DNA from: Heptranchias perlo
Lineage: Eukaryota
Direction of reading: 5' to 3'
NCBI RefSeq assembly: GCF_035084215.1
Contig: NC_090354.1
Location: forward strand, 25,048,001 to 25,112,000
DNA: 64,000 nt
Positions 51,220 to 63,080 of this stretch are shown here, in pieces (within the stretch, counting starts at the first letter, position 1; every line of letters starts with the position of its first letter). Position numbers and translations under genes: made by a program. The notes beneath the pieces were generated by a model that ran no database searches, was not told the DNA's origin, and worked only from the letters and a program-made list of their open reading frames with translations.

Positions 51220-51541
51220 ATAGGAACATTAGGAACAGGAGTAGGCCATTCAACCCTGCATGCCTGCTCCTACATTCAATTAGATCATGGCTGATCTGCA
51301 CCTCGACTCCATTTACTTGCCTTTGACCCATATCCCTTGATACCCTTACCTAACAAAAATCTATCGATGTCTGTCTTGAAAGCTCCAATTGGCCCAGCAT
51401 CCATGTCCGTTTGGGGGAGAGAGTTCCAGATTTCTACGACCCTTTGTGTGAAAAAAGCACTTCCTGATTTTGCTATCTGAATGGCCCAGCTCTAATTTTA
51501 AGATTATGCTTTTGTTCTTGATATCCACCACCAGAGGAAAT
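51220..51541 (-). mobile_element. CR1 (HER1-like) 3' end
   Basis: Tail CATAGGAACATTAGGAACAGGAGTAGGCCATTC. Confidence 0.82.
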
Positions 51542-52291
51542 CGCCCACCAAAGGCAAAAATGCCTGGACACCCCGGCACAGGGGAGCAGGTTAAATCCTC
51601 TACCACTATGACAATGCCCCATGGAAACACACAACGGTGGACAAGAGCCCTGGAATATTCATGAACAGAAGGTAAAAGGAAAAGCGAGAATATTGGACAT
51701 GCACAGCAGGTCGGTCAGCATCTGAACTAGAAAGAGGATTTATCATTTCTGGTGCAAAATTGGGCTCGATTTTCGCACCCCCGAGCGGGTGCGTTCGTGG
51801 CGGGGGGGGGCTGAAAATCGGGGATTCCCGGAGCGGGTCTGGAGCCCGGCTCCAACCCGCCCACTTCCAGGTTCCCCAGTGACGCGCTGACATGCGCGCG
51901 CAGCCCCCGCATGTGGGACGCCGGCGGGGTGCCACTTAAAGTACTCATTGAGGTATTTCAGGTCGTTTAGAGACCTGATTAACATAACATTTTAGGAGGG
52001 GTGAGATTTTGCAAACAACAGGGACTTTTTCCCATACTGGGGGAAACACTCCCAGTTCAAATGGACGTGTTGCAGCCATCAGCCTGTGGCAGCTGCAAAG
52101 GTCCATTTGATGGTTGGGTGGGGAGGCGGGGAGACCCTCACTCATTGCAGGAGGCCACTCTGTCACTTTGGACAAAGTTTGGCCTCCACCACCCTCCTCC
52201 TAACAATAAAATGCACCAACCTGCACACTTACCCCGGGGTCCAGAGACATGTACCCACCTTGCGGACCCCCCGCAAATGTACATCTTCCGG

Positions 52292-52730
52292 ATGGGGGCC
52301 GCCGTAGCTGCAGTCATGACCTCCTCGGAGGACGAACAGCATCACCAGCCTCGCCAGCCATGCCGTCCACCTCTGACACATGGAGCTCCACAACACAGTG
52401 CTGTGACACATCCACCTGCACAACAGAAGGGAGGGCAACGGCAGAGAGAGATGCGTCGCAGAGGGCACTACCCTCACCACAGGGTCTACAGACTGAGGCT
52501 CAGCTTCCTGGACCTCTCTAAGCAGCAGTGCACACGGAGGCTCAGAGTCACTCGACATGTAGTCGTGGACATCTGCAGCCTCCTTCATGCCGAGCTGCTC
52601 CCGGTTGGCCCGAGCACCATCTTCTTACCTGTCGCTGTCAAAGTCACCACTGCCCTCAACAACTTCTCCTCCGCATCCTTCCAGGGTGCCACCGGGGACA
52701 TCGCCGACGTCTCTCAGTCGTCTGCACAAA
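52292..52730 (+). pseudogene. Harbinger (HARBI1-like) transposase N-terminal fragment, truncated before the DDE domain
   Basis: RVYRLRLSFLDLSKQQCTRRLRVTRHVVVDICSLL...LPVAVKVTTALNNFSSASFQGATGDIADVSQSS resembles the HTH region of Harbinger transposases. Confidence 0.8.
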
Positions 52731-53288
52731 AGAGCCCTGCAAATACACCTACACCCACTCTGCAGTGACACAATGGGTGTCATCAGTTGTGGGTCTTCAT
52801 AGTGATCCTCAGGAAAGGGCATTATTGCACAAACCAGACAAGATTCGCAAAGACATGGTGACAATACAATATGTAATGTGAGTTGATCAGAAATTAAATA
52901 TAGGTAAACACCATGACAAACCCTCAAACATCCTTGTGCATCCCCTTCATGCTCACGACACGTTTGCCTTGCGCTTCCTACTGCACATATGTGATGCATG
53001 CCCTGTGGCTGCAGCACAGGTAATGGCAGGTTGGGTGAGGCTGACTGTGAAAGAGATGCATGAGAGGGTGAGTATGAGATGGAGCCATGAGATTGTATGA
53101 GGATTGGGTTGAGTGGTAGTGGTGGGATGAGTACTGGCGAGGTGAGTAAGTGCAGGTAAGATGAGGATGAGCTTTGAGTGGGTGTGAGGGGTGATGTGAT
53201 AGAGTAGTGTTGGCAGTGCAGAAGGAGATGTGGGGTGGGGGCGATGATGTGGCAGACGGAGTGTAGGGGAATGATTAAGTGTACTCAC

Positions 53289-53534
53289 TTCGGCTGACCT
53301 ACTTAGGTCATTGAAGCGCCTCCTGCACTGTATGCAGGTGCGCGACATGTTGGTGGTGCAGGTGACCTCCTCTGCCACCTCGAGCCAGGCCTCCGTGGTG
53401 GCAGAGGCAGGCCGCTTCCTCCCGTCCGCCGGGGGGAAGATCTCTGTCCTCCCCCTCCTCCTCACCCCATCTAATGATACCTGGAGTGAGGCATCATTAA
53501 ACCTGGGAGCAGCCTTTCCGCTGGGCTGCTCCAT
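53289..53534 (-). pseudogene. Harbinger Myb/SANT-like DNA-binding protein, first exon
   Basis: APRFNDASLQVSLDGV...EAWLEVAEEV...SRTCIQCRRRFNDL fits the trihelix Myb/SANT pattern (NAIF1/MSANTD type); followed by a GTGAGT donor. Confidence 0.82.
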
Positions 53535-53826
53535 GCTGTAATTTTTCCTATTTCCTGCAGCATCAGTCAGTGGAGGACTGCCCCTTTAAATAGGGCTCCT
53601 CCAGCTGACAGTCTATGCTGCGCATGCGCAGTCCGCCCGCTGCGCAGCTTTCCAGCGCGAAACCCGGAAGCAAAGGTAAGTGGATCCAATTAGCCTGCAA
53701 TTCCATGCGGAGCACCCCGATTTCACTGGGCGTGTTACCCACGCGCCCAGTCGACCCTCCGCTGCGAAACTGCCGCCCTCCTAATATCGGGCCCTAAATG
53801 TGAGTTATTTAAAGCAGAACATTTTG

Positions 53827-54238
53827 GTAGCATAGTGGATATGATACTGGACTAGAAATCCAGAGAACGTGAGTTCAAATCCCACCATGGCCGTTTGAGA
53901 ATTTTGAATTCAGTTTTTAGAAAAATTTGGAAATAAAAATCTGGCATCAGTAAAAGTGACAACGAAGCTGTCGGATTGTCGTTAAAAACCCAACTAGTTC
54001 ACTGATGTCCTTTTCAGAAGGAAACCTACCATCTTTCCTCGGTCTGGCCTATATGACTCCAGTCCCACACCAACATGGTTGATTCTTCACTGCCCTCTTA
54101 GCCACTCAGTTATATCAAACCGCTACCAGCGGTTCAAGAAGAAGGCCCACTGCCTTTGCAGGGCAACTAGGGATGGGCTGTAAATGTTGTCCTTGCCAGC
54201 GACACTTTAATTCCTGAGAATGACTAATAAAAAAAAAT
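53827..54238 (+). mobile_element. tRNA-derived SINE (MetaSINE/SlmI-like body) with LINE-derived tail
   Basis: A box GGTAGCATAGTGG, B box GAGTTCAAATCC, body GTTCACTGATGTCCTTT..GAAGGAAACCT, tail GGGCAACTAGGGATGGGC...poly(A); minus-strand copies at about 23595-24155 and 29355-29690. Confidence 0.72.
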
Positions 54239-55749
54239 CAAATGCAGAATTCTCTCAGCAAATGGCAACATTTATTGAAGCACAATGAACCTAGTCTAAT
54301 TCTGAAAATAATTCGATACCCACTGGGGCAATAGGAGAGGCTTGGTGAGTGGCATTAGTATCTGAGCATATAGTGTGTATGTAGAAAGTTTAGGCAATCG
54401 CAGAGAAACACATCTTGTTATTTAGTCTGTACTGATGTCTCTTTAGCGTTAAACCTCTGCTTTGCTGTAGTGAGGCTGGTTTAATGTCTGATGCTTGCGG
54501 CAAATGTATTCAAACAGTGTTTACAACTTTTATTCTCTAAAGCATATAGTTTCTTTATTGCACTAGCGTTACTAAATACAGAGAAACCTCTATAAATGTA
54601 ACAACTCTGATCACAGAAGACACTCCAAACAATGTCCATCCTTTTGCATTTTCTAAGAGTTTTTTTAACCCTAAAAGCACCCATTACCTTTGTTATGCTG
54701 TGCATGAAATTCACGTTTATTCAGCAGGGTGAGGATTAAGTGGTCCCCCTTTCTGTGCACACTGACGGCATTTCACTCAAAGGAACATGACTGATCTTTT
54801 AATCCCATGACCACCAGTGCTGGATTTGGTTTTCATGTACAGTATTGCCCTGTTGCATTTGGAGTCATGGAAACAGGATATTTTTCCTATGAAACGGGAA
54901 AGTCCTAGGAAAAGCAGGAGTATTTGGGGTTAAAAGGTGTGGAGCTGTCGGCTGTGCTTTGTGGATCAGCTCAGCTTTCAGGTTAAGTCTTATGGCAAGA
55001 AACTCTGGGAGAAGTTTGAGAGAGGCACAATTGGCAATGGGCTTTGGATGACAACTTTAAATACCTTCTAATCATTAAATATAATAATGTCCAATTCAAA
55101 CAAAATTATAGACAATATAATACACATGTAGGACTTCTACTGATGGCAGTCACCACAAACAAGGAAAGAGGGAGACTAATAATTGTTTAAAAACTCAAGT
55201 CGAGGAGAACAACCTGTATGAAATATAAATCAACTTGCATTAATTTTTATACTTGTGCCTGTTTTTGCCTCTCTCCTGATTCTCTGGTGTTTTTCCTGAG
55301 CATTTTAGCAACCCTCTTGTCTTAATTTCAGTTTTGAATTCTCAAAGCTCATTTTCCCTTCTGTCCCTGGCTCCTTCCTCATTCCTCCCCACACCCTGCC
55401 CAGGGGTCTGTGAAACAGACGGTGGCTGACCTAGATACAGATTTAGCTCCTAAATCTTGATTGAATTGTGTGAACATCAGTGAATGAATGTTCAATGTCT
55501 TCTTGTAAAATTCTTTGGTTCACTACTTCATCTGAGGTGTTAACCCATTTTATTTTAAACTGCTCCGTTAAATAGTGAACAAAGGAATTTCATACCACTG
55601 TGTTAAATGTTGCGGCACTAATATTCACACAGCTTTGTTTTAGGCCCTTAATGTTCCATTCAATAGCGAAGAACAACACAGTATTAAATACGCAAATGTT
55701 TCACTCCATAGGATCAGCTCCTGTAAAAATAAAACTCAGATTTTATCAA

Positions 55750-56112
55750 ATCCCTTCATGGCCTCGCCCCTCCCTAACTCTTTAACCACCTCCAACCCTA
55801 CAACTCTCCGAGAACGCTACGTTCCTCCAACCAAGGCCTCTTGCGCATCCCCCAGTTCCTTCGCCCCACCATTGGTGGCCATGTCTTCAGCTGCCTGGGC
55901 CCTAAACTGTGGAATTTCCTCTTAAAACCTCTTTGCTTCTCCACCTCTCTCTCCTCCTTTAAGACTCTGCTTAAAACCTACCTCTTTGACCGGTCAACTG
56001 TCCTAATGTCTCCATCTTTGGCTCGGTGTCAATTTTTGTCTTATTACGCTCCTATGAAGCGCCTTGGGATGTTTTACTATGTTAAAGGCGCTACATAAAT
56101 GCAAGTTGTTGT
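55750..56112 (+). mobile_element. L2-type LINE 3' end
   Basis: PTIGGHVFSCLGPKLWN...FKTLLKTYLFD motif and TAAATGCAAGTTGTTG tail. Confidence 0.82.
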
Positions 56113-59100
56113 TTACAAGAGTCGACTTTCCTGCTGAATGGAAGGGGAATGTCCATGGGTCTTAAAGTCCATTTGCTATGGACGAGTATCCAGGTTAATC
56201 TATGGCTTTGGGTGGTCTGCTCTTCACATCCTCTGAAGGCAGATTTGGAGGCTGCAGTTTACATGTCAAGCATACAACAGTTTTAAGTGTCGGAGTAACT
56301 GCATTCTAAGGTTATTGGGCTGTTTCACTTATGTCAGGGATTGCTGGCACTTTGACTTGTGTATTACTAAACAGTGCTACCAGAGAGGTTACTATACCTC
56401 TCTCCACTGAACTACCAAGAACCAGGCTGATGCATCACTAACTGACAAAAAACGGCCTACTTCCCCACTGGACTACAGTTTCCTCCTCTTCACCACCCAA
56501 GGCAGTACCAGACACGTGGAAAACAAAATCTAGAGCAGAGGTATTTTTCACAGCCATGCTTTTAAAGGGTGATTCAGCCCAATCGCACTCCTAAGCAAGC
56601 CAAGGTAGCCCCATTCACGCCTGTTAAACTTCCCTCCACCCTCATGCCTCCTTCACCTCCAGAATCAACGACTCCAACGCTCTCTTCGCTGGCCTCCCTC
56701 CACCCTCCATAAATTTTAACTTGGGCAAAACTCTGCCCCACTTATCACCCCTGTCTTCACTGAACTCCATGGCATTGCCCTTCTCATTTCTGCAATCTCT
56801 TCCAGCCCTATACCTCCAACACTCCATTCTTCCATCTGTGACCCTTTGTGCATCCTCCCTCCTCGTTGTCCATTGGCAGCAATGCTTTCAGCCACCAGGG
56901 ACCTACTTTGTGGAATTCCCTCCCCAAACCTCTCCGCCTCTCCAACCGCTCTCAAAGAAAGAACCTCCTTAAAACCCCTATCTCTTCAAATAAACCTTTG
57001 GTCATCCCTCGTAATCTCTCCCTTTTCTGCTTGGCATCTGTTTTTCTCATGCGCATGTTCTTTACATTAAAGATACTACATAAATACGAGCTGTTGTTGA
57101 TCCTAAAGCATGTAACGCAAGTATATACAACAATGTCAGCAGGTAATTATATCAGTGTTTGCTCTGTAAATGGAGTCTTGCAGAGTAATTATTAGTAATT
57201 ACAAGTAAACGCTCTTGCACCTAATTTCTCTGGCCTTGGGTAAGTGGAATAGGCCCCGAGATGAGCACTCCCAGGCCAGGCCAATGGGAACTCAACTTAC
57301 TTTGATTCCACAGTGGTTTGATGTGGCAACTTGATATCACGGTAATGGTTTTCTGAGTGTGTCACATAAACAAAATGTACAACAAATGACCAACATGTGA
57401 ACTCATATATAATTCTGAATTAAAAAATAAAGGATGGGGTAAATACAGTACATTTAGTGAATGGACAATTATGTCAGCTGGGTTCAGAGTTCACATGACC
57501 AGTCATCCCTAATAATCACATTCCTAAAAGCTACTCAAATTAAAAGCTAATGTCAGATTAGTCACTTTAGTTAATCACAAATTCTCACTGCTGAAAGCTG
57601 ATCAAGCATTTTGTACGATGGAATGAATAATTACATTGCGATTACATGCTGAAAGATCAGTAAATGTTTTAGTCACAGTTTCTGAAGGTATGCATTTTTT
57701 TCAGTTTCCAATATCACTCAACACCATAAAAAGCAATACAGTAAAGCAATATGGATAAGGAAATAAAAATATTGCCTGATCTAATTTTCAAAATTCTTAA
57801 GAGACGCTAAATTGACAGTTATTGGGTCTCCTGATCCTTTATACTCAGTCCTGAGCAATTATGAGATTCATTGCTTTGCCTGACCCTACAGGGTGTGAAA
57901 GTCCCTCGTATAATAATTAATAAAGAATTTATGGCAGGCTTCATCTTTGAGCTATACTATATTTAAAGCACTTGCGGCAAGGTTAGAAATTTGAATATTC
58001 TTCTAAATTGGCAGTGGGCAAACGACATCTTTTGATGTGATAACCAAACAAATGTTTGTAACACAAGTCTCATGATATGGACAGATTCAGAGTTCTTGCT
58101 TTCCATGGCGGCCAGTAACAAATTAAATACCATTTTAAATACCTCAAAGATCCCACCATTTTAAAGACCTCAGCACAGTGGCTGTTCAGGGTCAAGATCT
58201 CCACATGGGAAAAACAAGAAGGAAACCAAACTTCAAACTTTTGAACTTTAGTACTCTTACAGATGTTTTATAGCCTGGGGTTACTGTAAATTTCCACCCC
58301 TGCTCATGGTATATATAACATAGTACACTGCATCTTATATTAAATGTTGCTTTTTTGTTCAAAGTTACTTTGTATTACTGATTGTGCCTTATAACAAACT
58401 CGGTTTGAACAGATTAATAAAATAGTTTATAGAACCAGATCCTATGTGAGAGGGTTTCTCTGTGGAATATGTTTTGCCGTAGTCAAAATTTGACTGGTAA
58501 AGCAAAGTTATGTAGCAAGAAATCAAATAGGCTTTTCTCTAGAAACGAGTAAACTTCACACCCAAAATGGTATTATTGCACAACAATAATTTTGCTCCCG
58601 TCCTCTCCTGAGGTACTAATTCTGTCTGGGAACAGTTCCAGACTATTAGAGCTTATGGTGTGTATGGCCAATTTATGGTGTCATTTTCTTGTCAGGTATG
58701 AGCCCAGACAGTCCGTGTTGACAGGTGTTCAATTTTAGTCTGTAGAGGGCATTGCACCGTAGGCCGACCTTTCCACATACATACTTTCCAGCAAAGGGTC
58801 ACTGGCTGATCTTACCCCCTTCCTTGGCCCAGGGGAATAGAGACCAATTCTAACATGCTGCATTAGCTGAGAGCTGCTAACTCAGCAGTTTGTATACCCG
58901 AGTGCCACACCACTACATACAATACCCATAGAGCTCTCAGGGAAGCATGCCCACATTTCATTTTGACATCTATTTAATATATTTTATGGCATTCAGACCA
59001 AGTGGACACACTCCACAGAAATAACATTGCCCAGTTCCGATATCAGACCTGGGCTTAGTTTTAGCATTTCGAAGATGGATTCTAGTAACTCTGGCTTTGT

Positions 59101-59459
59101 CCTCAGAAACACCGATCCCCTTATCCTTTGGCTGCATTTACGGTTATTGGTTGGCCAATGTAGTAAACATTCATCAACAAACCTCTTTTTTGTAATTTTC
59201 TCTCTCTTATCAGCCTCTCCCCATCATGTTTCCAGGACTGCCTGTTCTTCATCTACTTTTGATGCTACTTGGCCTCTCCCTCCCTCCTGAATCATTTCTT
59301 TCTTGATCCCTCCCACCGAGAGGCAGTGTTTCACTTCCATGAATGGCCTGGCTGACATCTGCTGTGAAAGATGTCGATTCATAGCGCCCTCCACTCATTA
59401 GTATAAATGACCCAGTATATCTGGAACCAACAGCATCTGAGACCCACAGCAACGTAGGC

Positions 59460-59622
59460 CTACGACTCTGTGGTCAGGTCAAGCGCTCTAATTATTTGTG
59501 AACTGTTGTTATCTAGGTCAATGCCGCAGGCAATCTGTGCACTGCAAAGTTCCTCCAAAGTAAATGTGGGACCGCAGTCCTCTCTCATGTTGCCACAGCA
59601 CAGCTCAACATTCAATAACCAA
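59460..59622 (-). other. Candidate terminal exon of an unidentified minus-strand transcript
   Basis: Strong acceptor ttttccctcttttatttttcag then a single open frame of 53 codons to TAG; no homology recognised. Confidence 0.35.
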
Positions 59623-59789
59623 CTGAAAAATAAAAGAGGGAAAAACATCACATGAAGGTTGGACTCCTCAGAAAGGAATAGTTTAAAAAAATAAAAGTGC
59701 TTTTAAAAGAGTTTTGACATATAGATTCACCGTTAAGTCTGTGAACCTTGAACTACCCTTTTTACCACCCACAATTTAGAAGAATTTGC

Positions 59790-60232
59790 AATTATTTATA
59801 TGTTCATGTCCTCAGGATGACCCCAAGTACTTCACATCCAATGACTTATTTTTGAAGTGTTGTTACTGTTGTTATCTAGGCCAACATGACAGCTAATTTA
59901 CACACAAGGTCGCACAAACAGCAATGAGAAAAGTGACCAGATCATGTTTTTGGTGATGTTGGTTGAAGGGCACATGTTTTCCAGGACATCAGAAGAACTC
60001 CCCTGTTCTTTTTCGATTGGTGCCATGGAATCTTTTACAATCTGAACAGGCAGACGGGATCTGGGTTTAACATCTCAACCAAAAAACAGCACCTCTGACA
60101 ATGCAGCACTCCCTCAATACTGCACTGAAGTATCAGCTTCGGTTTTGTGGCTAAAAGATCTAGGCTCTGGAGTGGGACTTGAACCCACGACCTTCATGAC
60201 TCAGAGGCAAGAGTGCTACCACTGAGACAAGC
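59790..60232 (-). mobile_element. SacSINE1-like DeuSINE
   Basis: Aligns to 10040-10480 including the tRNA-like head. Confidence 0.8.
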
Positions 60233-61268
60233 CTTATAGTGAACCAAGGCTGCTGAAAGAGATGAGTTTTTTGGTGCTGTTGAATCTTCCACTCTCACAA
60301 TTGCCTTGATAATACCAACCCAATCTGCACTGTACTCTATGAGATGGAACCAGCCCAATGGGAACTTTGATTACAGAAAACATGGCATTCACACAGACCA
60401 ATTTACTCACATCCTTCACAAAATATCTTCATTCAGTTTTAATACGGTGCATATCATAATTGCACTAATAGTTTGATACAGCCTCAACAGCAAAACTTCC
60501 CAGGGACCCTGACAATAAGATTTAAAACTGTACATAGAAAAGAGATTTAAATATCACAATTTCAGGATCCAAAATTTCGAAAACTCTGCAAAATATTTCT
60601 TTGTGATAAACAGCGTTGCTCTGAGGGAATCTCAGAGCCTTGGGTTTGCTTCTTTTAAACCTGCTATTGGTGATCCTGTATGCAGCACGCACACAATCAG
60701 ATCACAAACAGGAACTTAATGAATGCTCTGTGGACTGACAGAGGAATTAATATACTTTCAGAAACCCCTCAAAGTGTACAAAGTTTTTTTTTAAAAAGTA
60801 AAAACTTTAAAAGCTGCATAAGTATAGTGTCCAGTAGTGAGACATTAGAAGGCGCCTTTATATTGGTTTCATGGTGTATTAGTGCTGCTGGCTTACGATA
60901 CTGTGAGATTACACACAATGTGTGTCTTTCCTCATTGGGACTGAGATGGTACTTGCTCCTCACTCTTTATTTCATCACTAAGGCAGCCTGATAAAATGGA
61001 TCGACTGATTTGTCTTGCATCAGGAAGGTGGGTCACTTTAAAGTCAGAGTTGAGGCTCACACGTGAAGAGTAGCCACTTGGATGAGGTACCGGAGGAGCA
61101 GTTAGTGTCATGGAACTGGACTCCAACAAGAGTCAGCGCTTTCAGGAGAGGGGGAGGAAGAGCGGAGGAAGAAAAAACTTCAAAAGAGAATATTATAGAA
61201 AATGGAGCTTCCTCTGAATTCAGCAGAGAGGTGATTGACACAATCCCTTGGAAGCACCGCAGACACTA

Positions 61269-62052
61269 GAGGCTTGATTTTACAATGGTGGTGGGTTGGC
61301 AGCGGGGGTGGGGGGTTAAGGTGCGCGTTGTAAACCCGCATGAACAAAACTTACCATTTCCGACACGATCGCATGTTGGTTGCTGATGATTAACGTCTTC
61401 TCTGGGTTTCAGGCCCGGCAACTAGCCTGATTGACAGGCTGGCTGCCGTCAGGAGCTGCAACGCGAGGGTGGGGGGGTGAGAAAGAGAGAGAGCGCGACT
61501 CGTCATCCGGCGCTGGAACGGAAGATCCGGGGGAAAGAGGGGAAGATCGGGGGGGGGGGGGGGGGAGAAGTGGGGAAGATCGGGGGGTGAAGAGGGGGAT
61601 ATCGGGGAAAATTGGGGGTGAAGAGGGGGACATTGGAGCGGGAGACATCGGACTTCGGAGCAGGGTGCAAAGGGCAGTTAATTTAGTGTTTTCACTTCCT
61701 TCTATGGTTTTTTATTTAATTTATTTAGTTTCTTGTTCCCTGATCTGGCAGCCGTGAATCAGAAGCAGTGGGTAAGCCCCTCAGATAAGTTAAAAATCTT
61801 TCTAATCACTTAATCTGTCACAGGTAAAGTGCCTTAAGTACCTCAATGAGGTACATTTGGCTCTTTAATTGTCATCCTGCCAGCTTTAATTGCCGGCGGG
61901 ATTTCCGGAATCCAGACTCCCGCGCACACGGGTGGGTCTCTGGGAAACTCGGAAGTCGGCGGGTTGTTGCCGGCTTCCAAACGCGAATGGGATTTCCGCG
62001 TTCCTCGGAGCTCCCCCCGCCCCCGCAATTGCCTCCTAAAATCACCCCCCCC
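61269..62052. mobile_element. Non-autonomous Harbinger-like element
   Basis: Ends GAGGCTTGATTTT / AAAATCACCCCC; 61830-61990 resembles the reverse complement of the left subterminal region of the 51762-53794 element. Confidence 0.72.
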
Positions 62053-62156
62053 CCGAGGAGTGAGACATTAGAAGGTGCTTTTACATAGTTTGTTAATGCC
62101 ACTGGTTTATGACACATGGGTCTGGTGCAGCCCCTAAGTAAAGTTGTAAGACTTAC

Positions 62157-62232
62157 TGAGGCTGGCAGGCAGAAAGATCCTTTTTATTAAATATTGTCTC
62201 TTCCGGATGATCGGTCATAAACCCTTCAAGGA
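62157..62232 (-). other. Candidate internal exon of the same minus-strand transcript
   Basis: ttaatccag acceptor, ca|gtaagt donor; open frame splices in phase to the exon at 59622. Confidence 0.3.
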
Positions 62233-63080
62233 CTGGATTAACACATCACACCATAACAAGAAGTTCAACAGGATTCGATTATCTGTGTTCATTCAAACAG
62301 CGGGGCATTAGCAAATAAAGCCTGGAAGCTACTGTGAGCGAGTGAACATTTAGAACAACCCTAGCAAATTCCTTTCTCCACTATGTTAACGGTGATGTTA
62401 ACCTGGCTATTTAAGATACATTAATACCTCTGTTGAAACAGCAGGGAGGAATATTAACATGTACGTTAAGCACTCACACACTAACATCACTCAAAGTAAT
62501 CTCCAACTGTTAATACTGCGCTGATCAACTCAGTATTTGAATGTCATTGAATATCCTGGCAGGTCGGATGGCGACACAACTCTAGGGGTTCGATCAGTCC
62601 TCAAAGGGTTCATCAGCTCACCCTGGTGGGTGTGGGCGGCAGCCAGGCTGGGACCTGTCAACATTTCAAATGGTGCTTAAAACTGGACAAATTCCTTGCT
62701 AACGCTACAGTGCCAGCGATACAGACTCCCAGCATTTACAAAATATAATAAAAAAAGAAATTATAAACACTGACATAAACTTTACATCACAATGCATTAT
62801 TAATCAGAGAGCCTCAAATTCTACATGTAACCTCTGTACAAGTGCATCACCAGTAGGAGAGATTCAGGGGGAGATATACTATAAAGAATACAACATTTTT
62901 TTTTAAAAAGGCCATTCAGCCCATCAAGCCCATTCTTCCACAGTACATGCACAAACCACCTCAATTATGGATTCCCCTCAGTTTCCGCGTTCTATTCCCG
63001 AGCCCCACGTAAATCAAACAGATCTGTTAATATCTCTCTAATCGTCAATCCCCTTTCTCAACTGCTACTGATCCAATTTT

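Larger units (their letters stand above)
51762..53794. mobile_element. PIF/Harbinger DNA transposon, internally deleted non-autonomous copy (about 2 kb)
   Basis: TIRs GGGCTCGATTTT ... AATATCGGGCCC, right flank TAA; holds convergent HARBI1-like and Myb/SANT-like coding fragments. Confidence 0.88.

Noticed and set aside
52001-52768. 255-aa ORF as an intact host HARBI1 gene
   Set aside because: Lies within TIRs, lacks the catalytic DDE region, and its 5' extension runs through subterminal DNA
53827-53890. tRNA gene-like A and B boxes (also at about 4190-4260, 40870-40935, 60170-60232)
   Set aside because: These are heads of tRNA-derived SINEs and do not form complete cloverleaves
59460-59622. 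Possible ASIC2 last exon (TLEE...IAC resembles the ASIC2 C-terminus TLEEIAC; ASIC2 lies near TMEM98 in human)
   Set aside because: The match is interrupted and not terminal, and the rest of the peptide does not resemble ASIC2; no gene symbol assigned
60234-60345. Lysozyme/SPACA3-like ESGRFNST snippet on the minus strand
   Set aside because: Lacks the DYGIFQIN motif and conserved cysteines; likely chance
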